From contig CAXXFF010000002.1 in the NCBI GenBank assembly GCA_963676835.2, positions 864,001-928,000 on the forward strand: a DNA stretch of 64,000 bases. The letters run 5' to 3'. This document shows, in pieces, positions 36,974 through 46,381 of this stretch; the first letter of the stretch is position 1, and each line of letters opens with the position of its first letter. The notes beneath the pieces were generated by a model. That model had not been told where the DNA came from. It did not search any database and saw only the letters and a program-made list of their open reading frames with translations. The translations under genes were made by a program, and so were the position numbers. The stretch comes from Marispirochaeta sp. Lineage in GTDB: Bacteria > Spirochaetota > Spirochaetia > JC444 > Marispirochaetaceae.

Positions 36974-38107
36974 ATGAAAAAACGGATATGTAATGTGGTA
37001 TTGGCTGTTATTGCAGCAATAGCGATTCTGGCTTCATGTCAGGACCCGTCCGGATCCGGTGGTAGCAATGGAGGTGGGACCGGTATAGCAGCTCCTGCTG
37101 TGGAGAATGAAGACTTTACTACTGCGTCCATTCCTGGAGAGTCGGCGGAACTTCTGTTAACAGGAGATCTTTCGGTTACAATGATTTATGCCAAGGACGA
37201 CGCGGCTATCTCATTTCCCGATGATTATGATAATACTTGGACCACACTGGACACCCCCTTTTTTATGGGTGAAACTGAATTTACAAATGGCATGGCTGCC
37301 CGCGTTCTCCAATGGGCTATGGATGAAGGAACACTGAGTGCAGACCTTTCTAATCATAATGGAGTCAGTGAAGAAACGGTAAAATACGGTGGTCAGGAAT
37401 TGGTAAGTCTTGATGACGGTACCAGTCATCTTACCTATAGTTCTGCCGGCGGCTTTGCTTCCCAAAGTGGATACCAAAACCATCCCCTTGTGCATGTTTC
37501 CTGGTATGGAGCGGTTATGATTTGTAACTGGCTTAGCGAGATGAGGGATGGCAATACCGACCAGGTGGTTTACACAGGTATTGATGATACTCTGGATTAT
37601 TCTGAAATCAGTTGTGATGAATCGAAAACAGGGTACCGCCTCCCGGTACATGGTGAATGGCAGTATGCCGCGCGCTACCTGGGAACTGAAGAACCTTCGA
37701 CCGGCGATATAGCAACCGAAAGAAAGTATGGGAATGATAACTCAAACTGGACTGATGGATACTATTGGTTGCCCTATACTTATGCCAGCGGGGCCAATGC
37801 TGATTATAATAATGTTGCAGCGTGCCGCAGCGTAGCAGTTTATTCCGGTCAGGATCCGGTCCCCACAGAAGCTCTAATGGTTGGGTCATGTAATGCCAGC
37901 GCGCTGGGGCTGTATGATATGAGTGGAAATGTGTGGGAGTACGAATTTACGGCACACTCCGCTAATCCGGCAAGTCGTCTGGTCGATGGCGGTGGATGGA
38001 AGTTAAATGCTCAATACCTTCGGGTAGGAGTTGTTGAGACTGTTAGTGCCCATGCACCATTTGACAATGTAGGATTCAGAATCTACCGGACTGTAGAGAC
38101 TCCTTGA
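36974..38107 (+). CDS. FGE-sulfatase (SUMF1/CLec-fold) domain lipoprotein
   Basis: Lipobox LASC, Gly/Ser linker, P.V.VSWY.A...CNWLS, GYRLP...EWQYAAR, N.LGLYDMSGNVWE and GFR. Confidence 0.85.
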   Translation: MKKRICNVVLAVIAAIAILASCQDPSGSGGSNGGGTGIAAPAVENEDFTTASIPGESAELLLTGDLSVTMIYAKDDAAISFPDDYDNTWTTLDTPFFMGETEFTNGMAARVLQWAMDEGTLSADLSNHNGVSEETVKYGGQELVSLDDGTSHLTYSSAGGFASQSGYQNHPLVHVSWYGAVMICNWLSEMRDGNTDQVVYTGIDDTLDYSEISCDESKTGYRLPVHGEWQYAARYLGTEEPSTGDIATERKYGNDNSNWTDGYYWLPYTYASGANADYNNVAACRSVAVYSGQDPVPTEALMVGSCNASALGLYDMSGNVWEYEFTAHSANPASRLVDGGGWKLNAQYLRVGVVETVSAHAPFDNVGFRIYRTVETP

Positions 38108-38131
38108 TTTTAGATTGAAGGCATTTTCAGG

Positions 38132-38161
38132 AAAAAACCGCCCGGCTAAAAACCGGGCGGT
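38132..38161. terminator. Terminator hairpin, duplicate copy
   Basis: A-run-ACCGCCCGG-ctaaaaa-CCGGGCGGT, with the same stem as 39295-39324. Confidence 0.8.
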
Positions 38162-38186
38162 GTAAACACTCTATAATCAGAGAAGC

Positions 38187-38330
38187 TTATTTTGTAGCTT
38201 CTTCCCAGATCTCTGTGGTGTAGAGCATATCCAGGGGAAGTTTCTCGGAGATAGTGCCGTATTTCTCGAGCATTGCATAGATGGGGTAGTCAGCTTTTCC
38301 GAGCCATGCACCGATAGACTTGCCCTGGAG
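38187..38330 (-). pseudogene. Internally deleted duplicate of the 3' part of the ABC substrate-binding gene
   Basis: 38187-38264 matches 39350-39427 and 38255-38330 matches 39892-39967, each nearly identical. Confidence 0.9.
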
Positions 38331-38452
38331 GTCTGGTCCATTCTATTTTAAATGGTGCGAAAGATTTTGGACGTGGACTGATGTAAATTGTCTGATAATT
38401 ATTTTTTGGTATCTTGTTCTTGGTAAAGCTGTCCGTTTATGTAGCTACTGAT

Positions 38453-38857
38453 TCAATTCTTTTCTGTAAGTATCATTTTTGCTACTTGAGCATAAATCGC
38501 CTCTGCTTCTCGCATAAATTCTTCAGCTTTATTATGTGAGGGCAATCCCGATGGTAGTAAGCCAAAATCTCCAGGGTATCGTGTATCGATGTATACTTGA
38601 TTAAGTTGATCGATTATTTCAGTAGAAAAGATTAATACTCGACCGAAATTTGTAACAATAGCATACAATTTGCGTAAATCATGAATTCGGGGTACTTTCT
38701 GATCATGAAGTACAAGAAGTGCTTTTAAGGATTTTTCAACACATTGTTGCGCATGAAAGGAAACAGCAGCGGTTAATTCTTCTTTTTCAATAATTTGCTT
38801 GATGGTAAGCAAATCCATATAAGCATATTTTAGCCATTCTTCAGCTTGCTTTTTCAT
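38453..38857 (-). CDS. HEPN-domain protein (toxin of MNT-HEPN pair)
   Basis: EWL..A..DL, FHAQQCVEKSLKA, PRIHDL and Y..TRYP. Start MKKQ overlaps the MNT stop. Confidence 0.85.
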   Translation of the reverse strand: MKKQAEEWLKYAYMDLLTIKQIIEKEELTAAVSFHAQQCVEKSLKALLVLHDQKVPRIHDLRKLYAIVTNFGRVLIFSTEIIDQLNQVYIDTRYPGDFGLLPSGLPSHNKAEEFMREAEAIYAQVAKMILTEKN

Positions 38858-39185
38858 AAAGCACTTTTCCAGTTTCATGAATTTCTTTCTGGAATGAGTT
38901 CATATTTTTCTGGATAATTTCATATTGGGGGCTTGTATAAACTAAAAGATCAATACCCACATTATTGTTAATATCTCGCAGTAAGCGTCGAACCTGCATT
39001 TTAATTTCAAGCCAGTCATCATAACTGTCAGGGATATAGTTTTCATCTAATACAACGAGAAGATCGATATCACTATCTTCGTTTTGGCTGCCGGTTGCAT
39101 ATGATCCGAAAAGCAATACCTTTTTAAGGTTCAATGGAGAGAGACTTGAAAGAATTTCGTTTATATATACATCTGACGCAACCAT
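38841..39185 (-). CDS. Minimal nucleotidyltransferase (MNT antitoxin)
   Basis: LFGSYATG....DSDIDLLVV and IDLLV motifs. Confidence 0.88.
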   Translation of the reverse strand: MVASDVYINEILSSLSPLNLKKVLLFGSYATGSQNEDSDIDLLVVLDENYIPDSYDDWLEIKMQVRRLLRDINNNVGIDLLVYTSPQYEIIQKNMNSFQKEIHETGKVLYEKAS

Positions 39186-39294
39186 AGGAATATATTATGC
39201 GTTGGGTAATAATTTGTCGAGCCTAAAGAAGGCATTGGGTACTTCTTGTGTATTCGAAGCACTGTAAAAGGTCTCTTTTTGCATGTTAAGGGTT

Positions 39295-39324
39295 AAAAAA
39301 ACCGCCCGGCGTAAACCGGGCGGT
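39295..39324 (-). terminator. Rho-independent terminator of the nitrilase-ABC operon
   Basis: ACCGCCCGG-cgtaaa-CCGGGCGGT with a U-run on the minus strand. Confidence 0.85.
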
Positions 39325-39349
39325 GTAAACAACTCTGTATCAGAGAGGC

Positions 39350-40372
39350 TTATTTTGTAGCTTCTTCCCAGATCTCTGTGGTGTAGAGCATATCCAGGGG
39401 AAGTTTCTCGGAGATAATGCCGTATTTTGCAGCAATATCTACGGTGTTCTGAATCTTGTCTGCATCGAAGTAGCCGATTTTCGCAGGATCAAATCCTTCG
39501 GGGCTTACTACAGTAGCAATCTTCTGAGACATACCGATCTGGTGCTCTTTTGTAGTGCTGGCCTGGTCGAGGCTTTTCCAGATGATGTCGGCAGCTGCAA
39601 GGGGATCTGCACAAGCATCGGCCCATCCCTTGATGGAAGCACGGAGGAACTTAACTGCAGTTTCCTTGTTTTCCGCAAGCCACTCGGAGTTAACCACAAG
39701 GCAGTCCTCGAGCATTCCGGTTCCTTCCTTGTTAACATCGATGATGTTCAGTTCGCTCTCAGGGTAACCGGACTCAACCAGTACCATGATTTCGTTGTAG
39801 ATCATACCGGAAGCTACATCGAGCTTGCCGCTGATAAGACCGTCCATGGTGTAGTCCTGTTTTGCCATAACTACGTCCTTGTCCTTGTCCATGCCGTATT
39901 TCTCGAGCATTGCATAGATGGGGTAGTCAGCTTTTCCGAGCCATGCACCGATAGTCTTGCCCTGGAGATCGGGAACGCTTTCGATTCCGTTCTTCTTGAA
40001 GGAAACAAGGCGGAAAGAGCTCTGCTGGAAGGTCTGTGCAATAGATACAAGGGGGAAGCCCTTTTCTACGAAGGGAAGCAGACCGTACATATTGATGATA
40101 CCGAAATCAGCTGCACCAACGGAAACCTGGTTTGCAGGGATAATGTCGGGACCGCCGGGAAGGAGTTTTACATCCAGTCCTTCTTCAGCATAATAACCTT
40201 TTTCAAGGGCTACATAGTAACCGTTGAACTGTGCCTGGGGCAGCCATTTCAGCTGCAGGCGTACTTCTACGGGGCCGTCGGCGCTTTCCTGGGAGCCATT
40301 GGCAAAAACAGATGTGGTTGCTGCCATTAGCATAGCAGCGGCGAACAGAAGAAACATGATTTTCTTGCTCAT
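39350..40372 (-). CDS. NMT1/THI5-like ABC substrate-binding protein (pyrimidine/nucleobase type)
   Basis: LQLKWLPQAQFNGYYVA..KGYY.EEGLDV, PGGPD and YNE motifs; signal peptide. Confidence 0.85.
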   Translation of the reverse strand: MSKKIMFLLFAAAMLMAATTSVFANGSQESADGPVEVRLQLKWLPQAQFNGYYVALEKGYYAEEGLDVKLLPGGPDIIPANQVSVGAADFGIINMYGLLPFVEKGFPLVSIAQTFQQSSFRLVSFKKNGIESVPDLQGKTIGAWLGKADYPIYAMLEKYGMDKDKDVVMAKQDYTMDGLISGKLDVASGMIYNEIMVLVESGYPESELNIIDVNKEGTGMLEDCLVVNSEWLAENKETAVKFLRASIKGWADACADPLAAADIIWKSLDQASTTKEHQIGMSQKIATVVSPEGFDPAKIGYFDADKIQNTVDIAAKYGIISEKLPLDMLYTTEIWEEATK

Positions 40373-40396
40373 AGTGTCATCCTCTCTCTTGATGAT

Positions 40397-41167
40397 TTAT
40401 CTTTGTGATGCATGCCACTTAATGGCATAGCGCTCAACCAAAATTATTAGGGTGTACATGGTTATTCCGAAGAATGCCGCTGTACCGATATATGCCCACG
40501 CCCGGGCCATCTGGGCCTGTTTCAGGGCGGTGGACAGTTCAAAGCCGATGCCGGCGAAGGAGGAGAAAAACTCACTACAGATCGCCGCAATCATGCTTGA
40601 TGTTGTACTTATTTTCAGCGCGGTAAGAATATTGGGAACCGCATTGGGCAGCCTGAGGTAAAAGAAGATCTCCTTCTTTGTGGCTGCGTAGGATTTCATA
40701 AGATCCAGGGAGAATGCCTTGAATACATTGAATCCGCGGTAGGCGTTTATTGCCATGGCTGCCATGGTAAAGACGGTTACAATGGCTATTTTTGAACCCA
40801 TTCCCATGCCGAACCAGTTATTCATTACCGGCGCCAGAGCGATGATGGGGATTGCATTGAATGCGGAAATAAGGGTAAGACCGCCGATTCCCCACACCGG
40901 GAAAAGGGTAGCAATTACTGCAATCATAAATCCCATACTGGAACCGAGCACCAGACCGATAAGTGCTTCCGCAACAGTAACGAGGCTGTGCCGCAGAATA
41001 ACGTCATACTCCTCGAAAAAGGTGGTCAGGATTTCCGACGGCACGGGTAGCTGGAACTTCCGCAGGTGCATCATCAGGTGTACTCCGCCTTTTTCCCACC
41101 AGAGGAAAAAGAGAACGCCGAAGAGTACGGGCAACAGAATATCGAAGAATTTTTCTACCTTGTTCAT
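40397..41167 (-). CDS. ABC permease (SsuC/TauC type)
   Basis: LP.PS.I, P.IALAP and LRLPNAVP motifs. Confidence 0.88.
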   Translation of the reverse strand: MNKVEKFFDILLPVLFGVLFFLWWEKGGVHLMMHLRKFQLPVPSEILTTFFEEYDVILRHSLVTVAEALIGLVLGSSMGFMIAVIATLFPVWGIGGLTLISAFNAIPIIALAPVMNNWFGMGMGSKIAIVTVFTMAAMAINAYRGFNVFKAFSLDLMKSYAATKKEIFFYLRLPNAVPNILTALKISTTSSMIAAICSEFFSSFAGIGFELSTALKQAQMARAWAYIGTAAFFGITMYTLIILVERYAIKWHASQR

Positions 41168-41169
41168 AA

Positions 41170-41976
41170 TCAGTTACCTCCCTCTTTTTTGGACAGTGCG
41201 CTTTCCCATGGCACCAGCAGTTTCTCAAGCAGCAGAACAAAGCCGAAAAAGCTCATCCCTAAAAGGGCTGCCATAATAACCGATGCCCAGAACAGATGGG
41301 TTCCGTTGGCACCGTAGTAGAGGGTGTAGAGAATCTTTACGCCGATGCCCTTGTCGGTACCTAACATTTCCACCAGAATCGCTGCAGTAATGGAACGGGG
41401 GGCAGCGATTTTCAGACCCACAAAGAGGTTGGGCAGGGTCGAAGGCAGCATCAGCTTGGTGAATACTTCCGGCTTGGTGGCAGCGTAGGAGTACATCAGG
41501 TCGATCTGATCTTTATCCACGCTCTTAAGCCCGCTCAGGGTGTTCACCGTAACAGGAAAGAAGGTAATAAAGGCGGCAATAATAACCCTGGCTGCATCGG
41601 GGCTGCGTACGATACTCCAGATAATCGGTGCCAGACCGAGGATCGGTATCATCTGGGAGATAATCACGTAGGGAAAAGTTACCTTCTCTAGGATCCGGTT
41701 GTAGCTCATGAAAACTGCAACCAGAAATCCGAAACATCCGCCAATCAGAAAGCCGAAGAATGCCTTGGACACGGTAACCAGTCCGGAATCAAGCAGAGAC
41801 CAGAGGTTTGCGATGAATGTGGCAACCACGGTGTGCAGAAAGGGAAGTTTCTGTTTTGCCATGGTGTCATGGATTACATCCTGAAGCAGCCAGGCTCCGG
41901 CTTCCCAGAGCAGAATAATTGCTGCAATCCACACCAGGGTGGTCAGCCATTTCTGGCTGCGGGCATTAATGACCAT
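41170..41976 (-). CDS. ABC permease (SsuC/TauC type)
   Basis: Q.IP...LAP, FFPVTVN..SGL and LP.LF.GLK. Start at 41976 after GGAGG. Confidence 0.88.
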   Translation of the reverse strand: MVINARSQKWLTTLVWIAAIILLWEAGAWLLQDVIHDTMAKQKLPFLHTVVATFIANLWSLLDSGLVTVSKAFFGFLIGGCFGFLVAVFMSYNRILEKVTFPYVIISQMIPILGLAPIIWSIVRSPDAARVIIAAFITFFPVTVNTLSGLKSVDKDQIDLMYSYAATKPEVFTKLMLPSTLPNLFVGLKIAAPRSITAAILVEMLGTDKGIGVKILYTLYYGANGTHLFWASVIMAALLGMSFFGFVLLLEKLLVPWESALSKKEGGN

Positions 41977-42784
41977 TCTCACCCTCCTCAAAGCTGTCAC
42001 GGATTTTTGCAACAAGAGAGTAAAACTCGGGACTATCCCGCATTTCAGCGGTTCTCGGCCGGGGCAGATCAATATCAATTACTGCAGAAAGACGTCCGGG
42101 GTGAGCGGAGAGAACAAATACCTTTTCCGAAAGAAATACTGACTCGGGAATGTTGTGGGTAACGAACAGGATTGTCTTTCCTGTCTTCTGCCAGATCTTC
42201 AGAAGGTCCTCGTTCAGCCGTTCCCGGGTAAACTCGTCCAGAGCGGAGAAAGGTTCGTCCATAAGAAGAATTTCAGGATCCATTGCCAGTGCCCGGGCAA
42301 TACCGACGCGCTGCTGCATTCCACCGGAAAGCTGGTAGGGATGCATATCGGCGCAATGGCTTAATCCCACGAGATCAAGCATTTCCATGGCACGCTCTTC
42401 CTGCTCCTGTTTCTTCCACTTGAGAAGTTCCAGGGGCAGGCAGATATTCTTTTTTACTGTTCGCCAGTCGTACAATACGGGATTCTGGAATACGATTCCA
42501 TACTGGTGCTCCAGTCGGATTTGCCGGGGAGTTTTACCGGAAATAGTAACAATCCCGGAGGTCGGCTTCAGCAGATCTGCGATGATTCTCAGGATGGTGG
42601 TCTTGCCGCAGCCGGAAGGGCCGAGGAGGCTGATGAATTCGCCATTGAGAATATCAAGACTTACACCGTTGAGAGCGGTTGTTACATCCCCATTATTGTT
42701 TGTGTACTTCATTTCAATATTTTTAAGGTGAATGTCGTCTTGTGCTTTCTCTTTTTTCATGGGTTCTGTGCTAACTGTGCTCAT
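41966..42784 (-). CDS. ABC ATP-binding protein (SsuB/TauB type)
   Basis: GPSGCGKT, LSGGMQQR, LMDEPFSALD and FVTH. Confidence 0.93.
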   Translation of the reverse strand: MSTVSTEPMKKEKAQDDIHLKNIEMKYTNNNGDVTTALNGVSLDILNGEFISLLGPSGCGKTTILRIIADLLKPTSGIVTISGKTPRQIRLEHQYGIVFQNPVLYDWRTVKKNICLPLELLKWKKQEQEERAMEMLDLVGLSHCADMHPYQLSGGMQQRVGIARALAMDPEILLMDEPFSALDEFTRERLNEDLLKIWQKTGKTILFVTHNIPESVFLSEKVFVLSAHPGRLSAVIDIDLPRPRTAEMRDSPEFYSLVAKIRDSFEEGENGH

Positions 42785-43718
42785 AACCTGACCTCGTGCT
42801 GAGATTTTTCCACTCCGGGCTGGAGAGGATTTCCTTGTACATTTTTACGTATAAATCCGGACGCCAGTCGGGCTCTCCGATTTTTTCATTATGTTTGAAC
42901 AGGTGGGTAAAGGTGTTGTGCTCCGAAAGGCTTAAATCGATGGATGCACTGTACATCTCATGGGAATCGCTCCCTTCTGCGTAAAAGGGGAAGCCGGCGA
43001 AGTATTTCACATCGCCGATGTTGCCTGCGGGGCCTGCTATACTGCTGCCGCCGATAAAGTAATTCTCCCTGTCCCATCCGGTGAGATTGGCGGAAGCAAC
43101 GTATATGGGGCTGGTAATTACCAGGGATTCCAGCTGGGTCTGAACCATTCTGCCTGGAACTGCTGATGCGCAGCAGGCAGTAGGGTTTATAAAAAGTCTG
43201 CAGCCTTTAGCCGATGCCCAGCGGACTATTTCGGGGAAGGCATAAAAGTCGTAACAGATCCCAATTCCCATCGGTCCCCAGGGGGTATCAAATACAGTCG
43301 GGTAATCACCTCTGGTGGCCCAGGTGGGTTCGTTCTCCGGGAGATGAAGCTTGCGGCAGCTGCTTATTGATCCGTCGGGAGAACAGATTGCTGCCGAGTT
43401 GTACACGGTGGCGGGATTATTTTTATCCTGCTCGGGCAGGCCGAAAACAACGTAGATGCCGTATTCTGCTGCCAGTTTTGAAACCGCAAGAGTTGATTCG
43501 CCCGGTACGGTTTCTGCCAGCCGGACATGCATTTTACTGTTGAACTCAACTTCCGGTTCCGGATCGTAGCCGGACAGAGCCAGTTCGGGAAGGATAATCA
43601 TATCGGAACCAGATCTGGCGGCAGCTTTCACATAACTGCAGATTCGTTCCAGATTGACTTCCCTGTTACCCCAGATTGCTCTGAAATTAACTACCGAAAG
43701 GTTGATCACATGTTCCAT
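42771..43718 (-). CDS. Carbon-nitrogen hydrolase (nitrilase superfamily)
   Basis: E-K-C triad: LPELA, RKLHL and ICYD. Start at 43718 after GGAGG. Confidence 0.88.
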   Translation of the reverse strand: MEHVINLSVVNFRAIWGNREVNLERICSYVKAAARSGSDMIILPELALSGYDPEPEVEFNSKMHVRLAETVPGESTLAVSKLAAEYGIYVVFGLPEQDKNNPATVYNSAAICSPDGSISSCRKLHLPENEPTWATRGDYPTVFDTPWGPMGIGICYDFYAFPEIVRWASAKGCRLFINPTACCASAVPGRMVQTQLESLVITSPIYVASANLTGWDRENYFIGGSSIAGPAGNIGDVKYFAGFPFYAEGSDSHEMYSASIDLSLSEHNTFTHLFKHNEKIGEPDWRPDLYVKMYKEILSSPEWKNLSTRSGYEHS

Positions 43719-43814
43719 ACGGACCCGGTTCCTCCAAGCATACATAAAGGTAGCCTTCCCGGCATTAACCTTCATTCAGGAACCGATACTATGGATTTGG
43801 GATTGCATTCAAAA

Positions 43815-43826
43815 GGACATGTGTCC
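43815..43826 (-). promoter_or_regulatory. GGACA-N2-TGTCC box D upstream of the nitrilase-ABC operon
   Basis: Perfect GGACA-TG-TGTCC; minus-strand TAGTAT (43791-43786) 23 nt away. Confidence 0.75.
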
Positions 43827-43926
43827 TGATTTATAAAAATATTTTACAAAAATGAAAATGAAAAATACCTTTAAGTATAATACTTGTAAAAAATATACGT
43901 AAATGTAAAAGATTTAAAAATTTAAC

Positions 43927-44637
43927 CTATAATTCAGCTTCTTCTATCATTGAAGAGAGTAAATCATACTGTTTTTGATTGATTGATATGTAGTGACCAT
44001 GCTGGGATATAACATTTTTCTTCTTCATTTTATTGATACAGCGGTTAACAGTTTTGACACTTATGCGGGTTTCATCGGCAAGCTGGTGCCGGGGGATCTT
44101 CAGAGTACATACCCCGTTAACCGATTGGGTCTCAAAATAATGGATAAACTGGTATGCCAGACGGATCTCTCCGGGAAAGAAGAGAAAGGTCCGGTCTTTT
44201 GATACCTGCCGGATAATGGTTTTGACGTAATTGGTAGTAAAGGTGAAAAGCGCTGAATTGCTTGCTTTCATCCACTGAATAAATTTATCCGCAGGAATTG
44301 AAATAAAATAGCAGCGGGTTTCGCACACTATTGATCCCCGGTAAAGGGGAATTTCGGCAAAGCATTCTGCGGCACCGATAAAGTGGGGAGGTTCCACCTT
44401 GTCGATGGTGTAGAGTATCCCGTTCTGCAGCTCATTTTCTATGCGTATTGTTCCTTCCAGGAGAATAATTACCGTATCACAGGGATCTCCGGAGTAGATA
44501 AGAAAGGAATCGGTTTCAGCTGAATCAAACTGGCTTGCCGAGGCGACGGCCGGGGGCATTGTATCAATCAGATTTGTGATAAAGACAGCGACTGATTTAC
44601 AGCGAATATGTGAAGCAGCTTTTGCCTTTAAATCCAT
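43927..44637 (-). CDS. Crp/Fnr-family transcriptional regulator
   Basis: cNMP-binding-like barrel (LLEG.I, FIG..E) and C-terminal HTH LADETRISVKTVNR. Confidence 0.85.
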   Translation of the reverse strand: MDLKAKAASHIRCKSVAVFITNLIDTMPPAVASASQFDSAETDSFLIYSGDPCDTVIILLEGTIRIENELQNGILYTIDKVEPPHFIGAAECFAEIPLYRGSIVCETRCYFISIPADKFIQWMKASNSALFTFTTNYVKTIIRQVSKDRTFLFFPGEIRLAYQFIHYFETQSVNGVCTLKIPRHQLADETRISVKTVNRCINKMKKKNVISQHGHYISINQKQYDLLSSMIEEAEL

Positions 44638-44716
44638 CCTGAGTGTTCCAACCTCGCTTCTAATTTAATCTTAACAAAAACAGGAGGAGATTACTACATC
44701 AGGATGGATTAACCGG

Positions 44717-45481
44717 CTATTTTGTCTCTTTTCCGATAACAATACGAAAGGCTTCGATGGCTGTTTTTATGGCCTGTTCCGTATCGGTTACCCGGATAAT
44801 GCCGCTGTTTTCCAGCATTTCCCGTTCCTTGTTCCGGCACAGGAGAAGAACTGTTGCACAGCGGACCCGAAGTACAGAAGCAACAATAAACAAAGTTGCA
44901 GATTCCATTTCCGAGGCTAACGCGCCGGCCCGTTTCCAGGCTTCCCATTTATAGAGCAGCTCTGGTGCAGTGGGCATCCGGTCGGGATTATGCTGTCCGT
45001 AATAGGAGTCCTTGCACTCAACAATGCCGGTAAAGCTTGGGTATTTCAACTTCTCCGCAGATTCAATAAGGGCGGAGACCAGTCCATGGTCGGCAACAGC
45101 GGGAAACTCAATGGGGACATACTCGTTGCCCGTACCGTCTTTGCGGATGGCTCCGGTGGGAATTATGAGGCTGCCGGGGTCTATGGTGCTGTCTATTGCA
45201 CCGCTTGTTCCTACACGGATAAAGGTATGGGCGCCGAGCATTACCAGCTCTTCCATGGCAATCGATGCCGAAGGTCCTCCGATTCCTGTACTGGTAACGC
45301 TAACCCGGGTGCCGTCGATGATGCCGGTATAGGTAACGTACTCTCTTTTTGTGGCTATATGCACAGGATTTTCGAGTTGTGCAGCGATCTGTTCTACTCT
45401 GCCGGGATCTCCGGTGAGAATAACATAGCCCCCGATTTCCCCTTTGGCGCAGCCTATGTGGTGCATTCGCTCTATGTCCAT
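44717..45481 (-). CDS. udp: Uridine phosphorylase
   Basis: GDPGRV, REY, STGIGGPSA.IA.EEL, IRVGTSG, KDSYYGQH and EMESA. Start moved to 45481. Confidence 0.88.
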   Translation of the reverse strand: MDIERMHHIGCAKGEIGGYVILTGDPGRVEQIAAQLENPVHIATKREYVTYTGIIDGTRVSVTSTGIGGPSASIAMEELVMLGAHTFIRVGTSGAIDSTIDPGSLIIPTGAIRKDGTGNEYVPIEFPAVADHGLVSALIESAEKLKYPSFTGIVECKDSYYGQHNPDRMPTAPELLYKWEAWKRAGALASEMESATLFIVASVLRVRCATVLLLCRNKEREMLENSGIIRVTDTEQAIKTAIEAFRIVIGKETK

Positions 45482-45578
45482 TTTTCCCAATACTCCAGAA
45501 TATGCGTTATTTTTTTGAAGAACTGAAAGTTCCTCAGCATGTATCAACAGTATAAAAGTGAAAAAAAGATTTGAAAAA

Positions 45579-45590
45579 GGCCATTTGACC
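45579..45590. promoter_or_regulatory. GGACA-N2-TGTCC box E in the divergent udp/ECF region
   Basis: AAAAA-GGCCA-TT-TGACC-TTTTT, with TACTTT 23 nt right (+) and TATACT 24 nt left (-). Confidence 0.7.
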
Positions 45591-45666
45591 TTTTTAGCCT
45601 GTTTGTTATACCGTACTTTCATTGCAGAATCTTCAAAAAATATCACTTGTAGGGAGAGGATTAACA

Positions 45667-46287
45667 ATGGATACCACCACCAAGAAGTATTCTATCAAGA
45701 CTGATTTCACCATGCTGTCGATTCTGCTTGTACCAATAGCAGTCGCACTCAACTTTATCGGCTCGCAGATTGCTCACGCACTGAAGCTGCCGCTGTATCT
45801 CGATACAATCGGTACGGTTCTGGTTGCTCTGCTTTGTGGCCCCTGGGTCGGTGCTCTAGGCGGACTTCTTACCAATCTTATGACAGGAATTACCAACCCC
45901 GTCAGTATCGCCTTCGCTCCGGTAAACATTGCCGTAGGCCTTGTTACAGGTTACCTTGCCCGGAAGAACATGTTCAGTGTCTGGTGGAAATGGGTAATCT
46001 CCATGATCCTCATGGCCCTTGCATCCCTTATTGTTGCAACTCCTATCGTTGTAATAGTTTTCGGTGGTGTTACCGGATCAGGATCTTCTCTTATCGCTGC
46101 TACAATGATGGCTTCCGGAACAAAGGTTCTGAAGGCGGTTCTCAGTACAGAACTTGTATTTACCTGTACAGACCGGGCTATAGCCTTCTTTATAACCTGG
46201 CTTGTTGTGCGGGTAATTCCTGCCAGAACACTGGTTAAGTACCCCTGCGGGGAAAACTATATCAAAACCGTGCCTGAAGAGGCTTAA
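45667..46287 (+). CDS. ECF transporter S component
   Basis: VALN, LKLPLYLDTIGT...LCGPWVG..G.LTN; about 6 TM helices. Confidence 0.85.
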   Translation: MDTTTKKYSIKTDFTMLSILLVPIAVALNFIGSQIAHALKLPLYLDTIGTVLVALLCGPWVGALGGLLTNLMTGITNPVSIAFAPVNIAVGLVTGYLARKNMFSVWWKWVISMILMALASLIVATPIVVIVFGGVTGSGSSLIAATMMASGTKVLKAVLSTELVFTCTDRAIAFFITWLVVRVIPARTLVKYPCGENYIKTVPEEA

Positions 46288-46381
46288 GCTTCTGCGGTAG
46301 TAGGTGTAAGGAGCATATTGATGTACTCGGACACGGCAATTAAAGGAGTTCCAGGTAGATGGACTGCAGGGACGGTGAAAT

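Noticed and set aside
36974..38161. FGE/CLec lipoprotein followed by a hairpin, as a possible diversity-generating retroelement target (Treponema TvpA-like)
   Set aside because: No reverse transcriptase, Avd or adenine-variant template repeat was found in the window. The hairpin is a copy of the SBP terminator. A remote TR cannot be excluded without a genome search.
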